From: a virus
Strand: one strand, 5' to 3'
DNA: 47,304 nt
Virus record (IMG/VR): IMGVR_UViG_3300003666_000032
Of the stretch, positions 13,562-23,667 are shown piece by piece (the first letter of the stretch is position 1; each line of letters starts with the position of its first letter). A program made the translations under genes and the position numbers. The notes beneath the pieces were generated by a model that had not been told where the DNA came from, ran no database searches, and saw only the letters and a list, made by a program, of their open reading frames with translations.

Positions 13562-14158
13562 TTACATTTCCGCCCAAAGAGTATCACCTGCTATAGTATA
13601 TTTAAGTCCACAGGCTTCTATATCAATGTAAGTAAGACCATTTACATTTATAGCTTTATCAGTAACAGTATTACCTTGCTTTATTAAAATAGGCTCTTTG
13701 TTAGAAAGTTTAAAATAAATATTTTGAGTATTATTTTCATTTTCCACATCTATATTTCCTGCTTGGCGAAAAACCTCTAATGCAACATAACATTTATTTT
13801 TACTAAAAACAATAGGCATAACAGGATAACCGCCAGAATTAAAATTAAAAGTATTGGATTTTATTTTTAATTCATTAGCATTTATTGTTGGTTTAATAGT
13901 TTTGCCTACTTCAACTCTTTTCAATTCCGTATTCCATTCTACAGGTACACTTAAAGCGTTTCCCATAGAACGCAATGGTAAATAAGTACTTCCGTCAATT
14001 ACTACGGCTGGCTTGTCAGTATTGGAAAACTTTTCTCCATTGACAAGAATGTCAAACCCTGCCTTTTCAGCTTTAAACACATTTACCGTGGATGCCATAG
14101 TCTGAAATCCTATGCACACAAGCATACCAATAATAAAACCAAATAATACTTTTTTCAT
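13562..14158 (-). CDS. Secreted protein with a copper-amine-oxidase-N-like domain
   Basis: The N-terminal signal peptide is MKKVLFGFIIGMLVCIGFQTMA. VIDGSTYLPLRSMGNALSVPVEWN resembles the Cu_amine_oxidN1 motif. Confidence 0.7.
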   Translation of the reverse strand: MKKVLFGFIIGMLVCIGFQTMASTVNVFKAEKAGFDILVNGEKFSNTDKPAVVIDGSTYLPLRSMGNALSVPVEWNTELKRVEVGKTIKPTINANELKIKSNTFNFNSGGYPVMPIVFSKNKCYVALEVFRQAGNIDVENENNTQNIYFKLSNKEPILIKQGNTVTDKAINVNGLTYIDIEACGLKYTIAGDTLWAEM

Positions 14159-14219
14159 AATAAATCATCCCCCTTTTTGATCTTTATATTTCCATCGTAT
14201 ACCAATAGGGGAATAAATG

Positions 14220-14864
14220 TCAAGTCATGGTAACTGTTTTTATGGTTCCATCGGGAAGCCTTGCTTTTAAAGCCGTACCGTCATAGTAAAGTTTTATTTT
14301 GCCCGTCTCTGCGGTAGGTGCTGTCTGCGTAGTTAATGCCATATTATCAATATTTGCAATTGGAATATTAATAGTTCCTGCAAAATTTGTGTTACATTCA
14401 GAAGCGCCTATACTTAAAGCTTTACCTGTTTCTGGTTTTAACGAAGTGCCTTCCAATGCATTATAAATTGTAAACAGTTTTGTACCATTAGAGTAAAAGC
14501 TAACATCACCATATTGAACATCAGATTTGTCTATACAAAACCCATTAAGCTTATTATCTGTATTATAGCACTTAATCTGATTCTCTGATATCTCAACCCT
14601 TTTTCCTGTAGCTGCTGTCCTTATAGTACCTCCTGTTATAGTACCACCTGTTATCAAAGGACTGATTATTTCAATCAATGCCTTTATAGTTCCTGCTGTT
14701 ATCTTACTAGCTGATATCTCCCTGACATTGTTAGTGTCAAGCATACCGTCCAATAGGTTTAAAAGCTGCCGTTGCATCACCATATAACAATCAGTAAGAT
14801 TACGAATCATTTTTTCATTATCGGTTTTGTTTGGGTCTTGTGGTGTTTTTAAATTTAAATTCAT
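14220..14864 (-). CDS. Tail fibre-like protein
   Basis: ITAGTIK and TGGTITGGTI repeats. It abuts the upstream tail gene. Confidence 0.65.
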   Translation of the reverse strand: MNLNLKTPQDPNKTDNEKMIRNLTDCYMVMQRQLLNLLDGMLDTNNVREISASKITAGTIKALIEIISPLITGGTITGGTIRTAATGKRVEISENQIKCYNTDNKLNGFCIDKSDVQYGDVSFYSNGTKLFTIYNALEGTSLKPETGKALSIGASECNTNFAGTINIPIANIDNMALTTQTAPTAETGKIKLYYDGTALKARLPDGTIKTVTMT

Positions 14865-16646
14865 TTATACTCCTCCTCCGGGAATTACCCCTGTTCCTAT
14901 TTCATGTATTTTATATGATCCTGTTCCGGTTATTTTTAACTGTACATGATCTAATCTTTTTGGCATTAATTTTATTTCGTATGTGGTCAAAGCTGTTACT
15001 GCAATAGTTTTTAAAGAAACAAAACTACCGTTGTCTTGTTTCATATGCACAGATACTGTACCTGATACTACTTCGAGCCTTATAAATACTTTGGTTACAT
15101 ACTTTTTGATATAACTGCCGTATGTTTCTACATTCAGTATCCCTTCACTGTTTATTGATTCTGTACCGGAATTGAACTTTATCATATTCCCCGATGAATC
15201 AAGGGCGTATAGATAACCACCCATTTTCGCAAAGTCTATAACCTGTAAACTGTCTTCTTGCATCCATAGCCCAAATTGGTCATAAACATAAAGCTTATAA
15301 GATGTACCATTATAAATAGAACAATACACCCTTTTATTATCCGTTCCACATACTGCTAAAACGTAAGTTTCGTTTAATGCATCAGATTCAGGGCGAGGAA
15401 ATCCCCCGCCATAGGATACAATACCCTTTTTATCGTTCAAAAAATATAGCATTCCATTAAACTCAACGATTGATTTATGAGATATTCCGCCCTCTTTTAT
15501 TACTCCCTTTATTCTGTAAGGCGGATTTTCGTTGTATATCTCAAATAATATATCTCGTTTCATAGCGATAATATAAGTATTATATGACGCTATTCCAGTA
15601 AAACTTCCCTTTAAATCAGTTTCGCCAGCATAAGCGAAATCCAGTGTATTGAAGTCTATAGTGAATGGCTCAAACAAATTATATCTTCCAAGTCCACTGA
15701 CATAGATTGTATCGTTTTTTACTCCCCATATGCGGTTATTATGGGAACATCCGTAGTCCATAGCCGGTACAGGAATTTTTATTGTTATTGCTTCGGCAAC
15801 GGCGCTTGGGTACAAATCGTTATAGTTGAATGACAATATGCTGCTTGAAACTCCTTTTATTTCGATGGTTTTGTTATTAAGTTTCTTTGTTGTGTTACCG
15901 GATATTTTAACATAGTCAGCTACAGCAAATCCACTAAAAGCTGTACCAGTTGTTGTTATACTGCTAAATCCAAACGATAATGAGGTTGTTGCTAATTCTG
16001 ATCCTGCCGTAAATGAAGCAGCTGCAAATCTTAACACAGTGGTAGAAACTACTTCTAATATTGTAAAATATCCTTCGTTCTCGGGGTACTTTGTATTACC
16101 TGTTATTTTTAGCGTGTTCCCGGCTGTCATATCTGCGTTCCAAGTTGCTCCAGAAATAGTTATCCTATCAGATGCAAATGTAACAGTTGAACCATCAGCA
16201 ACAGTTTGCAACACATTCTTATATGTAATTTGAGAAGCTCCCGAAGTATAGGAAGGATTCATTATCCCGAAGGTGTCTAACACAATGTCATAATACATTA
16301 AGTCTGGCAATATAATTATTTTATTCCCAAACTGAAACATGTTCTTAGTGCTTGATGCTAGAGCAATTGTGTTCTTTTTTACAGTATCATAATAAAAGTC
16401 AGTACCAGACACCCAATACAGTTTATCTTCTGTTGCTCCCATACCTTGGGGCGTTAAAATTGTCCTTATTGTTTCCCTAGAAGGTCTAGGTGACATATAC
16501 GGTAAATTGTCAGTTGACAGGTTTGTTGTGCTGCTAAACTCACCTGTTTTAATCTCTGCATTGCGGTTTAAACCTAAAAACTTTTGTGAAACAGTTTTTA
16601 CAGATGCATTTTTAGGTATAAGGTTAGGGTCTACAAGAGGTATCAT
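14865..16646 (-). CDS. Tail/baseplate structural protein (593 aa)
   Basis: The start is reset to ATG 16646 (GGAAGGA 9 nt upstream), after the upstream stop at 16678. The sequence is beta-rich. Confidence 0.7.
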   Translation of the reverse strand: MIPLVDPNLIPKNASVKTVSQKFLGLNRNAEIKTGEFSSTTNLSTDNLPYMSPRPSRETIRTILTPQGMGATEDKLYWVSGTDFYYDTVKKNTIALASSTKNMFQFGNKIIILPDLMYYDIVLDTFGIMNPSYTSGASQITYKNVLQTVADGSTVTFASDRITISGATWNADMTAGNTLKITGNTKYPENEGYFTILEVVSTTVLRFAAASFTAGSELATTSLSFGFSSITTTGTAFSGFAVADYVKISGNTTKKLNNKTIEIKGVSSSILSFNYNDLYPSAVAEAITIKIPVPAMDYGCSHNNRIWGVKNDTIYVSGLGRYNLFEPFTIDFNTLDFAYAGETDLKGSFTGIASYNTYIIAMKRDILFEIYNENPPYRIKGVIKEGGISHKSIVEFNGMLYFLNDKKGIVSYGGGFPRPESDALNETYVLAVCGTDNKRVYCSIYNGTSYKLYVYDQFGLWMQEDSLQVIDFAKMGGYLYALDSSGNMIKFNSGTESINSEGILNVETYGSYIKKYVTKVFIRLEVVSGTVSVHMKQDNGSFVSLKTIAVTALTTYEIKLMPKRLDHVQLKITGTGSYKIHEIGTGVIPGGGV

Positions 16647-16677
16647 GTTATCAGTCCTTCCAAAAACTATTTCTGTA

Positions 16678-17790
16678 TTACCAAGTTGTTTGAATAATAT
16701 CATCTGCGGGATAATTTTCTTTATTCTCTTTATACGTTTCTTTAAATCTCTCAATAATATTTGATGCAATATTTCGTTTATACCGTGCTACGGCAATGTT
16801 CTTTTGATATTCGTATATTTTTGATGCAATAAAGTAGTTATATGCATCAGAATATGTATCGGGCAAAAGTAAATGTGCTGTGCTACTTTCTAATTTGGGG
16901 TAAAAAGGCTTTTTGTATGTTATCCTTATACCAGGTATAAAAACAGACATAATAGGAGAAGCACCAAAACCGGATACTTCCATACGGGTAGAATCAATTA
17001 CTGAACCGTAAGCATATGAGATAATAGTACTGGAAGTAAGTAATTTAGAATATGTGCATTTTACTAAGTAATCAATATGCTCATAATTATTGTTTACCAA
17101 AGCAATCTGATACCTTTTTACAAAATAATCCCCTTTTGATATTGCAACGTTTGAAAAATCAATCTGTATTGCTGCACCTAATATCGTTACCAAATAAGTA
17201 CCCGTTGTAAACGTAGCATTTTCGAGAACCATCTCACTTGCAGAAAGCGATAGTACCACATATTCGCCAGCATTAACGCCTATTATAGTAATTTGCATAC
17301 CTACGCAAAAATAGGTAAAATCACCCTTTACGGAATTACTCGTAAATTCGTAAGATGAATTATAGATATTAGAGTATTGTTGCATAACATAATTATCAGA
17401 CATTGTGAAATACGGGTCGGTTTTATCTTGTGGAGGTATACATATACTGTTGTTATTATTCCAGTAATATGAACCAATCTTAGAATCTCTATCCGTTATT
17501 TTTTTTGCTTTTTGGAAATCATCATTACTGTCTTTTATGTAGATTTCCCTTATATCATCCCATTTTATAGATGTTTCTGTGTAGATATCGATTGTTTTGT
17601 AAACAGAATCAACAGGCAAATCGAAATAAGATTTACCTTTTACACGAGGATAATAAAGCGTTTTATATTCATCAACAATATTATAAACGTTGCCTTCGAA
17701 TTGGTTAAATGCAGTAACAAGACTTATACTAGTTGCGTTTTCGTTTTCCAGTTTTACCTGATCTAGTATACTAGATATTGTTTTTGGCAT
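16678..17790 (-). CDS. Structural protein, paralogue 2 of a tandem pair
   Basis: It shares EYKT.(W/Y)YPR.K, IKDSN..FQ.AKKIT, YYW, IPP.D.TD and the C-terminal YNYFI.SKIYE...YPADD.I.T.W with 17801..18937. The start is ATG 17790, after GGTGAGGTG. Confidence 0.7.
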   Translation of the reverse strand: MPKTISSILDQVKLENENATSISLVTAFNQFEGNVYNIVDEYKTLYYPRVKGKSYFDLPVDSVYKTIDIYTETSIKWDDIREIYIKDSNDDFQKAKKITDRDSKIGSYYWNNNNSICIPPQDKTDPYFTMSDNYVMQQYSNIYNSSYEFTSNSVKGDFTYFCVGMQITIIGVNAGEYVVLSLSASEMVLENATFTTGTYLVTILGAAIQIDFSNVAISKGDYFVKRYQIALVNNNYEHIDYLVKCTYSKLLTSSTIISYAYGSVIDSTRMEVSGFGASPIMSVFIPGIRITYKKPFYPKLESSTAHLLLPDTYSDAYNYFIASKIYEYQKNIAVARYKRNIASNIIERFKETYKENKENYPADDIIQTTW

Positions 17791-17800
17791 GTTATACACC

Positions 17801-18937
17801 TCACCATTCTGTAATAATATGATCATCTGCTGGGTAATAGGCTTCGTCTTTGTTATACATATCTTCATACTGCTCAATCATTGAAAAAGCCATTTGATGG
17901 TTGTATTTAGCTTCTTCATATTCTTCTAGCATTTCATATATCTTAGAAAATATGAAATAATTATACGCTTCGTTGAATTGCTCCGGCAAAATTAATTCAT
18001 CAGTACTGGATATACTAGATTTACTGTAATATACAGGTTTGTATGTAATTTTTATACCGGGCACAAATACTTTAACAACCGAATTTATTTCACTTACATC
18101 AGGGATATCGCCATATCCAAACGACAATACCGTTGATGCAATATTTTCTTTAACGTTTATAACTTTAGAGTAATAATCAAAGTACTCTAATTTTAAGTCA
18201 AACTTAGGTCTTAACATTATTACCTCAATAACAACATTTGAGTCTTTGATTATATTTGTTTTAACATGCGGCAAGCTTACCGCCGCACCTTCAATTATTA
18301 AATATGTGTCATTTGCTACAGGAGTTAATTTCGTGGTTTCCAGCACTATTTCTCCGCTCGTTACAGATTTTATTATATATTCGCCGTTATTTGCATTAAC
18401 ACTTGAACATTTCAAGTTAATAACCATTCCAGGAATAAAGTAAGTTGTAAAATCTACATTTACACTTTTGATAGAATTTGATGTAATTTCTGGTCTAACA
18501 CTTAAAGTTGGAGTCTCGCATTTGAGCGATTTGTTTATGATATTTATAGTACTATATCCAGGTCGGAAATCATTATCCGTAATATCTGGTGGAGGTATTG
18601 CAATATTAGTATTTTCATACCAATAGTAAAGCCCCGATGTCTTAAAATCACACTGCGTTATTTTTTTTGCTGTTTGAAATTCTCCATTGCTATCTTTTAT
18701 TTGGACAGATCTTATGTCATTCCACATTATTAATTCAGATGATTTGTTATCTTTAGGTATATTGTAATGCGACAAATTTTTAAGCCTTGGATACCATATT
18801 GTTTTATATTCATTTTTTATATTGTATATACTATTTTCAAATTGATTAAGCCATAATAAAAGAAGGGTATCTGTCACATACCCTATATCAATAAGCCCTT
18901 TTATTTCGGTTATTTTTGCGCTTACTGTAGTACTCAT
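17801..18937 (-). CDS. Structural protein, paralogue 1 of a tandem pair
   Basis: See paralogue 2 (16678..17790). SD AGGCAGGTG. Confidence 0.75.
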   Translation of the reverse strand: MSTTVSAKITEIKGLIDIGYVTDTLLLLWLNQFENSIYNIKNEYKTIWYPRLKNLSHYNIPKDNKSSELIMWNDIRSVQIKDSNGEFQTAKKITQCDFKTSGLYYWYENTNIAIPPPDITDNDFRPGYSTINIINKSLKCETPTLSVRPEITSNSIKSVNVDFTTYFIPGMVINLKCSSVNANNGEYIIKSVTSGEIVLETTKLTPVANDTYLIIEGAAVSLPHVKTNIIKDSNVVIEVIMLRPKFDLKLEYFDYYSKVINVKENIASTVLSFGYGDIPDVSEINSVVKVFVPGIKITYKPVYYSKSSISSTDELILPEQFNEAYNYFIFSKIYEMLEEYEEAKYNHQMAFSMIEQYEDMYNKDEAYYPADDHIITEW

Positions 18938-18964
18938 TTAATCACCTGCCTATACTTATACAAA

Positions 18965-20737
18965 CTAACTAATGATATAATCAATACTTACTTTTACAGA
19001 TGTTCCATTACTTATCCCAGCACTTGCAGGAATAGCAATACCTTTACTAACCGTAAGTGGCGCTAGCATTCCTGCTCCATCCGTTACATTTGCCACAGCT
19101 ACATTAGACGATATTTTTGCTCCGTCCGTTAACGCAGCTTTAGCAATTGTGGTAATTATTACAGGTGTTGCGTTGGTATCTTGTATTACAACATTTGTGC
19201 CACCTCCGATAGAAAAATCACCTGTTGATTTTACAAAATACCTTAATGGTGTAATTTGGCGACCTACGATAGCGGGTATTAATGTTTTCCCTGCCACTAT
19301 TTCCGCTGTAGTAACTGTTTTTGTAATATTTTTAACTTTATTAAGTTCAATTACAGGCATATCTTCCACGGCTTCCCTAAGAGCAGGAACATAAACTTGA
19401 TTAATGCCAATACTTGACGGATGGTTAATACCATTACCGCCATATGGTGATTTTGTGCTTGTATCTCCACTTACATATTTGCCATACATATCCTCGTCAG
19501 TCATAGATTCTGAATATGTTTCATACTCATATTCCCAAAGTTTTATAGTGTCTTTTTTTATTGTAGCAACACCAGTTGAACCAGCATCTTTCTTGAGGCT
19601 TATTTTTGCAGGGAGATTGTTTATGCAAAAATAAGGGTCTGTTAATATTAATAAATCATCAATATAAAACTTGAATATGTTGTTAATTTTTTCTATGGCA
19701 TATTTTCTGTATATATCGTCAGAATATGAAACTGAAGCAGCGTATAATTTTGTTTCAGTTGCACCAAGTTCAGCTGAGTCAGGATTATTGCCATAAGACT
19801 TAATTTTAAAAACATTTGTTGCATTTGGGAATAATAATATTCTATTATCCATAACATTATCTGTGGTATTATTACACGAAACTGTTAAATTTTCAGTACC
19901 AGAGGGAAAGGCTGAAAATTTAGCTTCAAATTCAATTTTGAAGTTTTTCAATTCAACTGCCAAATCCATTCTTACAGCACTTGTCTGAAAAACTAATTCA
20001 TTGCCATTGGTTGCATATGTACCAGAAACCGCAGAATCTGCTAATATATAAGTTTTTAACCTTGTTTTAATTGGGTCAAATCCGTTACGCATAATGTTGT
20101 ATAGTCTATTAACATCAACGATATAACAACCTCTTTCAAATCCATAGCACCGAGCCGCAAAGGCTGCTAAATCTCTACTATTTTGAGCTATAGAGGTATT
20201 ATATGCCTCTTGTTGTACAGGGCGTGGGGTTGTAACTACCATAATGCTAGGCATCTTCGTAAAGTTTGCAACAATATAATCTATTATGCTCTTAAGATTG
20301 TACTTGAATTGCTTAGCTGTTGCATAATCTGTATTGTTCATTCCCCATCCGATTATAAGCAAATCAGGGCTAGAATCTTTTACATGCTCAATCCATGTTT
20401 TTTCAACGGAATTGATTGTTTTCAAAGCGTTCCATTCCTGTATTGATGTACCGCCTATTGCCAGATTGGTATATGCTATAGTAGTTGAAGAATACTTTGC
20501 AGAAATCAAGTCCTTAAGCTTTCCCCAATACTGTTCGGACTGGGAAAGCGCATTAGCTGATGATACAGTCGAAATACTATCGCCTATGACTGTAACGTTA
20601 ATTACTCCTGCCTCAATCGCAGCTTTTAGTATAGCAAACGCAGTGTCTTTATTTGCGACACTATTGATTTTTATAAATTTATTTTGTTCACTAACTAATG
20701 TATTAACGTTTGAAGGGTTATAAATCTCTAGTGCCAT
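18965..20737 (-). CDS. SGNH/GDSL-hydrolase-domain tail protein (590 aa)
   Basis: VTVIGDSIS (block I Ser), GWGMNNTD (block III) and a beta-rich C-terminal part. Confidence 0.7.
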   Translation of the reverse strand: MALEIYNPSNVNTLVSEQNKFIKINSVANKDTAFAILKAAIEAGVINVTVIGDSISTVSSANALSQSEQYWGKLKDLISAKYSSTTIAYTNLAIGGTSIQEWNALKTINSVEKTWIEHVKDSSPDLLIIGWGMNNTDYATAKQFKYNLKSIIDYIVANFTKMPSIMVVTTPRPVQQEAYNTSIAQNSRDLAAFAARCYGFERGCYIVDVNRLYNIMRNGFDPIKTRLKTYILADSAVSGTYATNGNELVFQTSAVRMDLAVELKNFKIEFEAKFSAFPSGTENLTVSCNNTTDNVMDNRILLFPNATNVFKIKSYGNNPDSAELGATETKLYAASVSYSDDIYRKYAIEKINNIFKFYIDDLLILTDPYFCINNLPAKISLKKDAGSTGVATIKKDTIKLWEYEYETYSESMTDEDMYGKYVSGDTSTKSPYGGNGINHPSSIGINQVYVPALREAVEDMPVIELNKVKNITKTVTTAEIVAGKTLIPAIVGRQITPLRYFVKSTGDFSIGGGTNVVIQDTNATPVIITTIAKAALTDGAKISSNVAVANVTDGAGMLAPLTVSKGIAIPASAGISNGTSVKVSIDYIIS

Positions 20738-20738
20738 A

Positions 20739-21008
20739 TTAGCACCCCCTTAGATGCAGTATCTTTAAAGTGGAAGTACTAGCACCTACATAATGCAAAG
20801 TTTGTATACTAAGAGGTCCTAGTTTTTCACCTGCTGCAAGCTCCCATTTAGTGCTGTCAACACCTGTATAAACATCAATGTAAATAATGCTTGTGCCTGC
20901 ATTGTGTAGGTAAACCGTGCTGTTTATATTGGTGCTTCCTGCAACTGTTGCTATGTCTATTTTGGTTTGTTTGTATATTTCATAGCCACGTTCTAGAAAT
21001 AATGGCAT
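20739..21008 (-). CDS. Hypothetical structural protein (89 aa)
   Basis: ORF packed between structural genes. Confidence 0.6.
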   Translation of the reverse strand: MPLFLERGYEIYKQTKIDIATVAGSTNINSTVYLHNAGTSIIYIDVYTGVDSTKWELAAGEKLGPLSIQTLHYVGASTSTLKILHLRGC

Positions 21009-21051
21009 TTATATCACCGTCCTAAAAAAAATAGTGGCTTTAATTAGCCAC

Positions 21052-21795
21052 TTAAGTTCCAATTGCTATCCAGTCTACTGCACCCCACGGTGTAGTTGCT
21101 GCGACTGGTGTTACATCTGCTGCACCAGTAGGTTTGTAACTATTGATAAGTATTGAACCAGCAACAGGCGCACCAGCCTGGTCACCAATATCTGCGGCAG
21201 TAATCATATGCGTTAAGCTGGGAGCACCTTTTAATGAGGCTACTGCTGCTACTACTGTTGCCAGCCCTGTTGCTACGGTATGGCTTGCGCTTGTCGGAGT
21301 CACTGTTCCCCTGGCAATCTTATATCCTGCCGCTACGCCCTGAGTCAAAAGATTGATCTGTGCTGCCGTGGGGGTAATCGCAGTTCCTGCTCCTGCTCCT
21401 AAACTCAGAGTACCGACAGTCACAGCATCTACACGTTTATTCGAGTCAACAACCACAGCCTTGCTTGCCGTTACAGTGCCTGCCACTACTCCTGCGAGGT
21501 TGTTTATTTCTGCCGCTGTCGAAGTAACGGATGTTCCTGCACCTGCTCCAAGTTTCAAGTCAGCGACTGCGAGAACGTCAAGGTTCTTGTTCGTGCCGAG
21601 TACAGCTGCTTTACTTGCTACCGCTGTTCCTGCTACTGAACCGTCAACTAAATTTAATTCAGCGGGAGAAGCTGTTACGCCCTTAAGTATATTTAATTCT
21701 GCGCCCGATGGCGTTACAGCAACATCTTCTATATGCAATCCATTTACGGGTATATTTAAACCGTTGGGGAATCTTGTACCGTATCCACTATTCAT
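21052..21795 (-). CDS. Virion protein with internal AELN/AEIN...GAGAGT repeats
   Basis: The unit SAAELN.L.G..AGT..ASKA.V...NK..D...V..L.LGAGAGT repeats about three times. The start is ATG 21795, 8 nt after AAGGAG. Confidence 0.65.
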   Translation of the reverse strand: MNSGYGTRFPNGLNIPVNGLHIEDVAVTPSGAELNILKGVTASPAELNLVDGSVAGTAVASKAAVLGTNKNLDVLAVADLKLGAGAGTSVTSTAAEINNLAGVVAGTVTASKAVVVDSNKRVDAVTVGTLSLGAGAGTAITPTAAQINLLTQGVAAGYKIARGTVTPTSASHTVATGLATVVAAVASLKGAPSLTHMITAADIGDQAGAPVAGSILINSYKPTGAADVTPVAATTPWGAVDWIAIGT

Positions 21796-21800
21796 GTATA

Positions 21801-21992
21801 TCACTCCTTCTTCTTATTTTTCTTAGCACACGCCAGCCTTTGGCCTACATTATCATGTGTCTTGCCACAGTACTGGCATGGTTTAGGTTCTTGTTTTACT
21901 GCTTTTGATTCTGTTTTTTTTAACTCCTGCCAGATATTGAACAGGAGTTTATTTGTTTGTCCTACACAATCCTCTTTCTTAATATCAAACAT
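21801..21992 (-). CDS. Hypothetical small basic protein (63 aa)
   Basis: ORF with GAGGTG SD, between the capsid gene and the repeat protein. Confidence 0.5.
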   Translation of the reverse strand: MFDIKKEDCVGQTNKLLFNIWQELKKTESKAVKQEPKPCQYCGKTHDNVGQRLACAKKNKKKE

Positions 21993-22029
21993 AATTCACC
22001 TCGTGCAGAAGAGGGCTTAAGCCCTCTTA

Positions 22030-22953
22030 TTAACCTGCTACCTTATGACCTATTAACCATCTCCACGAATTAGCATTCAATCCGTGTCTTGCATATCCGC
22101 CAAATGTAAGAATTTGAAGGTCTTCATCAAACTTTTTATAGTTCTCAATAGCTACCCTTGTTAACCACCAAAGAGCCCTTTTCATTCTCTTCTCATCAAT
22201 GGAAAACCAATTATTGGAGTCAGTCAATTCTTCCCATACAGCTAATTTATAACGACCTTCATGGAAGTTTGCGTTATTCTCTGCTGTGTTAACTTTCTTA
22301 GTTGAATTGATAATCTCCCATCCAGTTTCTTCCAAGGCAGTAGGGATTAAAAGCATCTTCATTCTTGCTTGAACCTTGTTACCTTTACCATCAGTTATCT
22401 TCATCATGTCCTGTCTGTCAAGCTCAACTTCTGTTGGACTGAATACAGTAGTTTTATAGTTACTTCCAGAGTATGTGTCCTTAGCTTTGCTTGGATGATC
22501 TATAGCGCACAAAGCTTTACCGTCTGCATGTGCTGTTAAGTTACCGCTTGAAAATGTATCAACAGCCGAAAACGCATAGTTAAATATTTCTGCCGCATGT
22601 GCTTCTTTTGTTCTGTTATATGCAAGACCTAATTCTTTGACCATATTCATTACGGTTCTGTCTTTCCTATCGTCCCACAGTTTACGTTTTATATCTACAG
22701 ACTGCATAAATTCAGGGAAATTGAAATTTGTTTTGTAGCCTTCGTTAAGATCATCCTTTATTGCTGTTCCAGTAAAGAGCTGGAAGTTACCGACTCCTTC
22801 ATATGACATGTCTGATTCTTCCTGTTGATCTGAAGTGTCAGTACTATATAACTTTGATATCATTGATTCAAAATCTTCAAGTGATTCACTAAACCATTTG
22901 CGGGCATCTGTTAAACACAAATTTACCCAGTTATTAGAATTCATTACTGCCAT
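22030..22953 (-). CDS. Major capsid protein (probable)
   Basis: 307 aa, positioned after the scaffold and decoration-like genes. Strong AAGGAGG SD. The family is assigned by gene order only. Confidence 0.65.
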   Translation of the reverse strand: MAVMNSNNWVNLCLTDARKWFSESLEDFESMISKLYSTDTSDQQEESDMSYEGVGNFQLFTGTAIKDDLNEGYKTNFNFPEFMQSVDIKRKLWDDRKDRTVMNMVKELGLAYNRTKEAHAAEIFNYAFSAVDTFSSGNLTAHADGKALCAIDHPSKAKDTYSGSNYKTTVFSPTEVELDRQDMMKITDGKGNKVQARMKMLLIPTALEETGWEIINSTKKVNTAENNANFHEGRYKLAVWEELTDSNNWFSIDEKRMKRALWWLTRVAIENYKKFDEDLQILTFGGYARHGLNANSWRWLIGHKVAG

Positions 22954-22967
22954 TTAATACCGCCTCC

Positions 22968-23651
22968 TTATGATAATGCATTGCCCAGTTTATGTTTAAT
23001 AAACTTGACATACACGGTTGATTCTTTTGTTTGACCATTCCATACAACGTCTTTTATTAAGACCGAAGTACCGCCTGCGGTATCAAGGTCTATGTTATCC
23101 GCTGCTGTTGCACTATCCAAGTCAAAAGCTATACATCCAACAGCTAATTTGCCAGGGAAGAACCGGCCTTTCATTCCTGCCGCAATTGTTCCGCCTGCTC
23201 CGGTAACAGTGAATGCACCGCCAGTATTGGCAAAATCAGTTATATTCAAAATATCACCCACACTAAACCCTGCAACATTGTTTGTATTGGTAATAACAAT
23301 TTTACCTCCGTTGAATATATCATTAGCGGCCGTAACGCTTGTGTCATTCCATGCAGTAGCTGAGCCACTTGTTACAGTTGACTCGGTATCCGGTATTGTT
23401 TTGAATATGATATCTGCATCGTCCCAAATTTCTATTTCTGTTCCCGACTGCCTACCTGCTGTAGTAGCATCGTGATTCTCTGCTGCTACGCCCCATATTG
23501 CAGTTGTGAAATTGGTACCGTCAAATACAACAATACCTACTCCTTCCGTAAATCCAACAACCATACCTTTTTTAACTACCGTTGTGGCTGGTATGTAGTA
23601 AGGGTGTGACTCTATAGCTCCTCCACCTTGTCTATATGCTGGTGTAAACAT
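22968..23651 (-). CDS. Capsid decoration/cement-like protein (probable)
   Basis: 227 aa, rich in Gly, Thr and Ala, between the scaffold and capsid genes. Confidence 0.5.
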   Translation of the reverse strand: MFTPAYRQGGGAIESHPYYIPATTVVKKGMVVGFTEGVGIVVFDGTNFTTAIWGVAAENHDATTAGRQSGTEIEIWDDADIIFKTIPDTESTVTSGSATAWNDTSVTAANDIFNGGKIVITNTNNVAGFSVGDILNITDFANTGGAFTVTGAGGTIAAGMKGRFFPGKLAVGCIAFDLDSATAADNIDLDTAGGTSVLIKDVVWNGQTKESTVYVKFIKHKLGNALS

Positions 23652-23667
23652 TTATAACCATCTCCTT

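Noticed and set aside
21353-21826. Plus-strand ORFs antisense to structural genes (21143..21343, 21353..21826, 23092..23475, 8914..9405, 20334..20723, 19149..19634).
   Set aside because: They are shadow ORFs opposite locally GC- or Ala/Gly/Thr-rich coding sequence. They have no SD sites, their products are low-complexity, and the sense-strand genes are clearly real.
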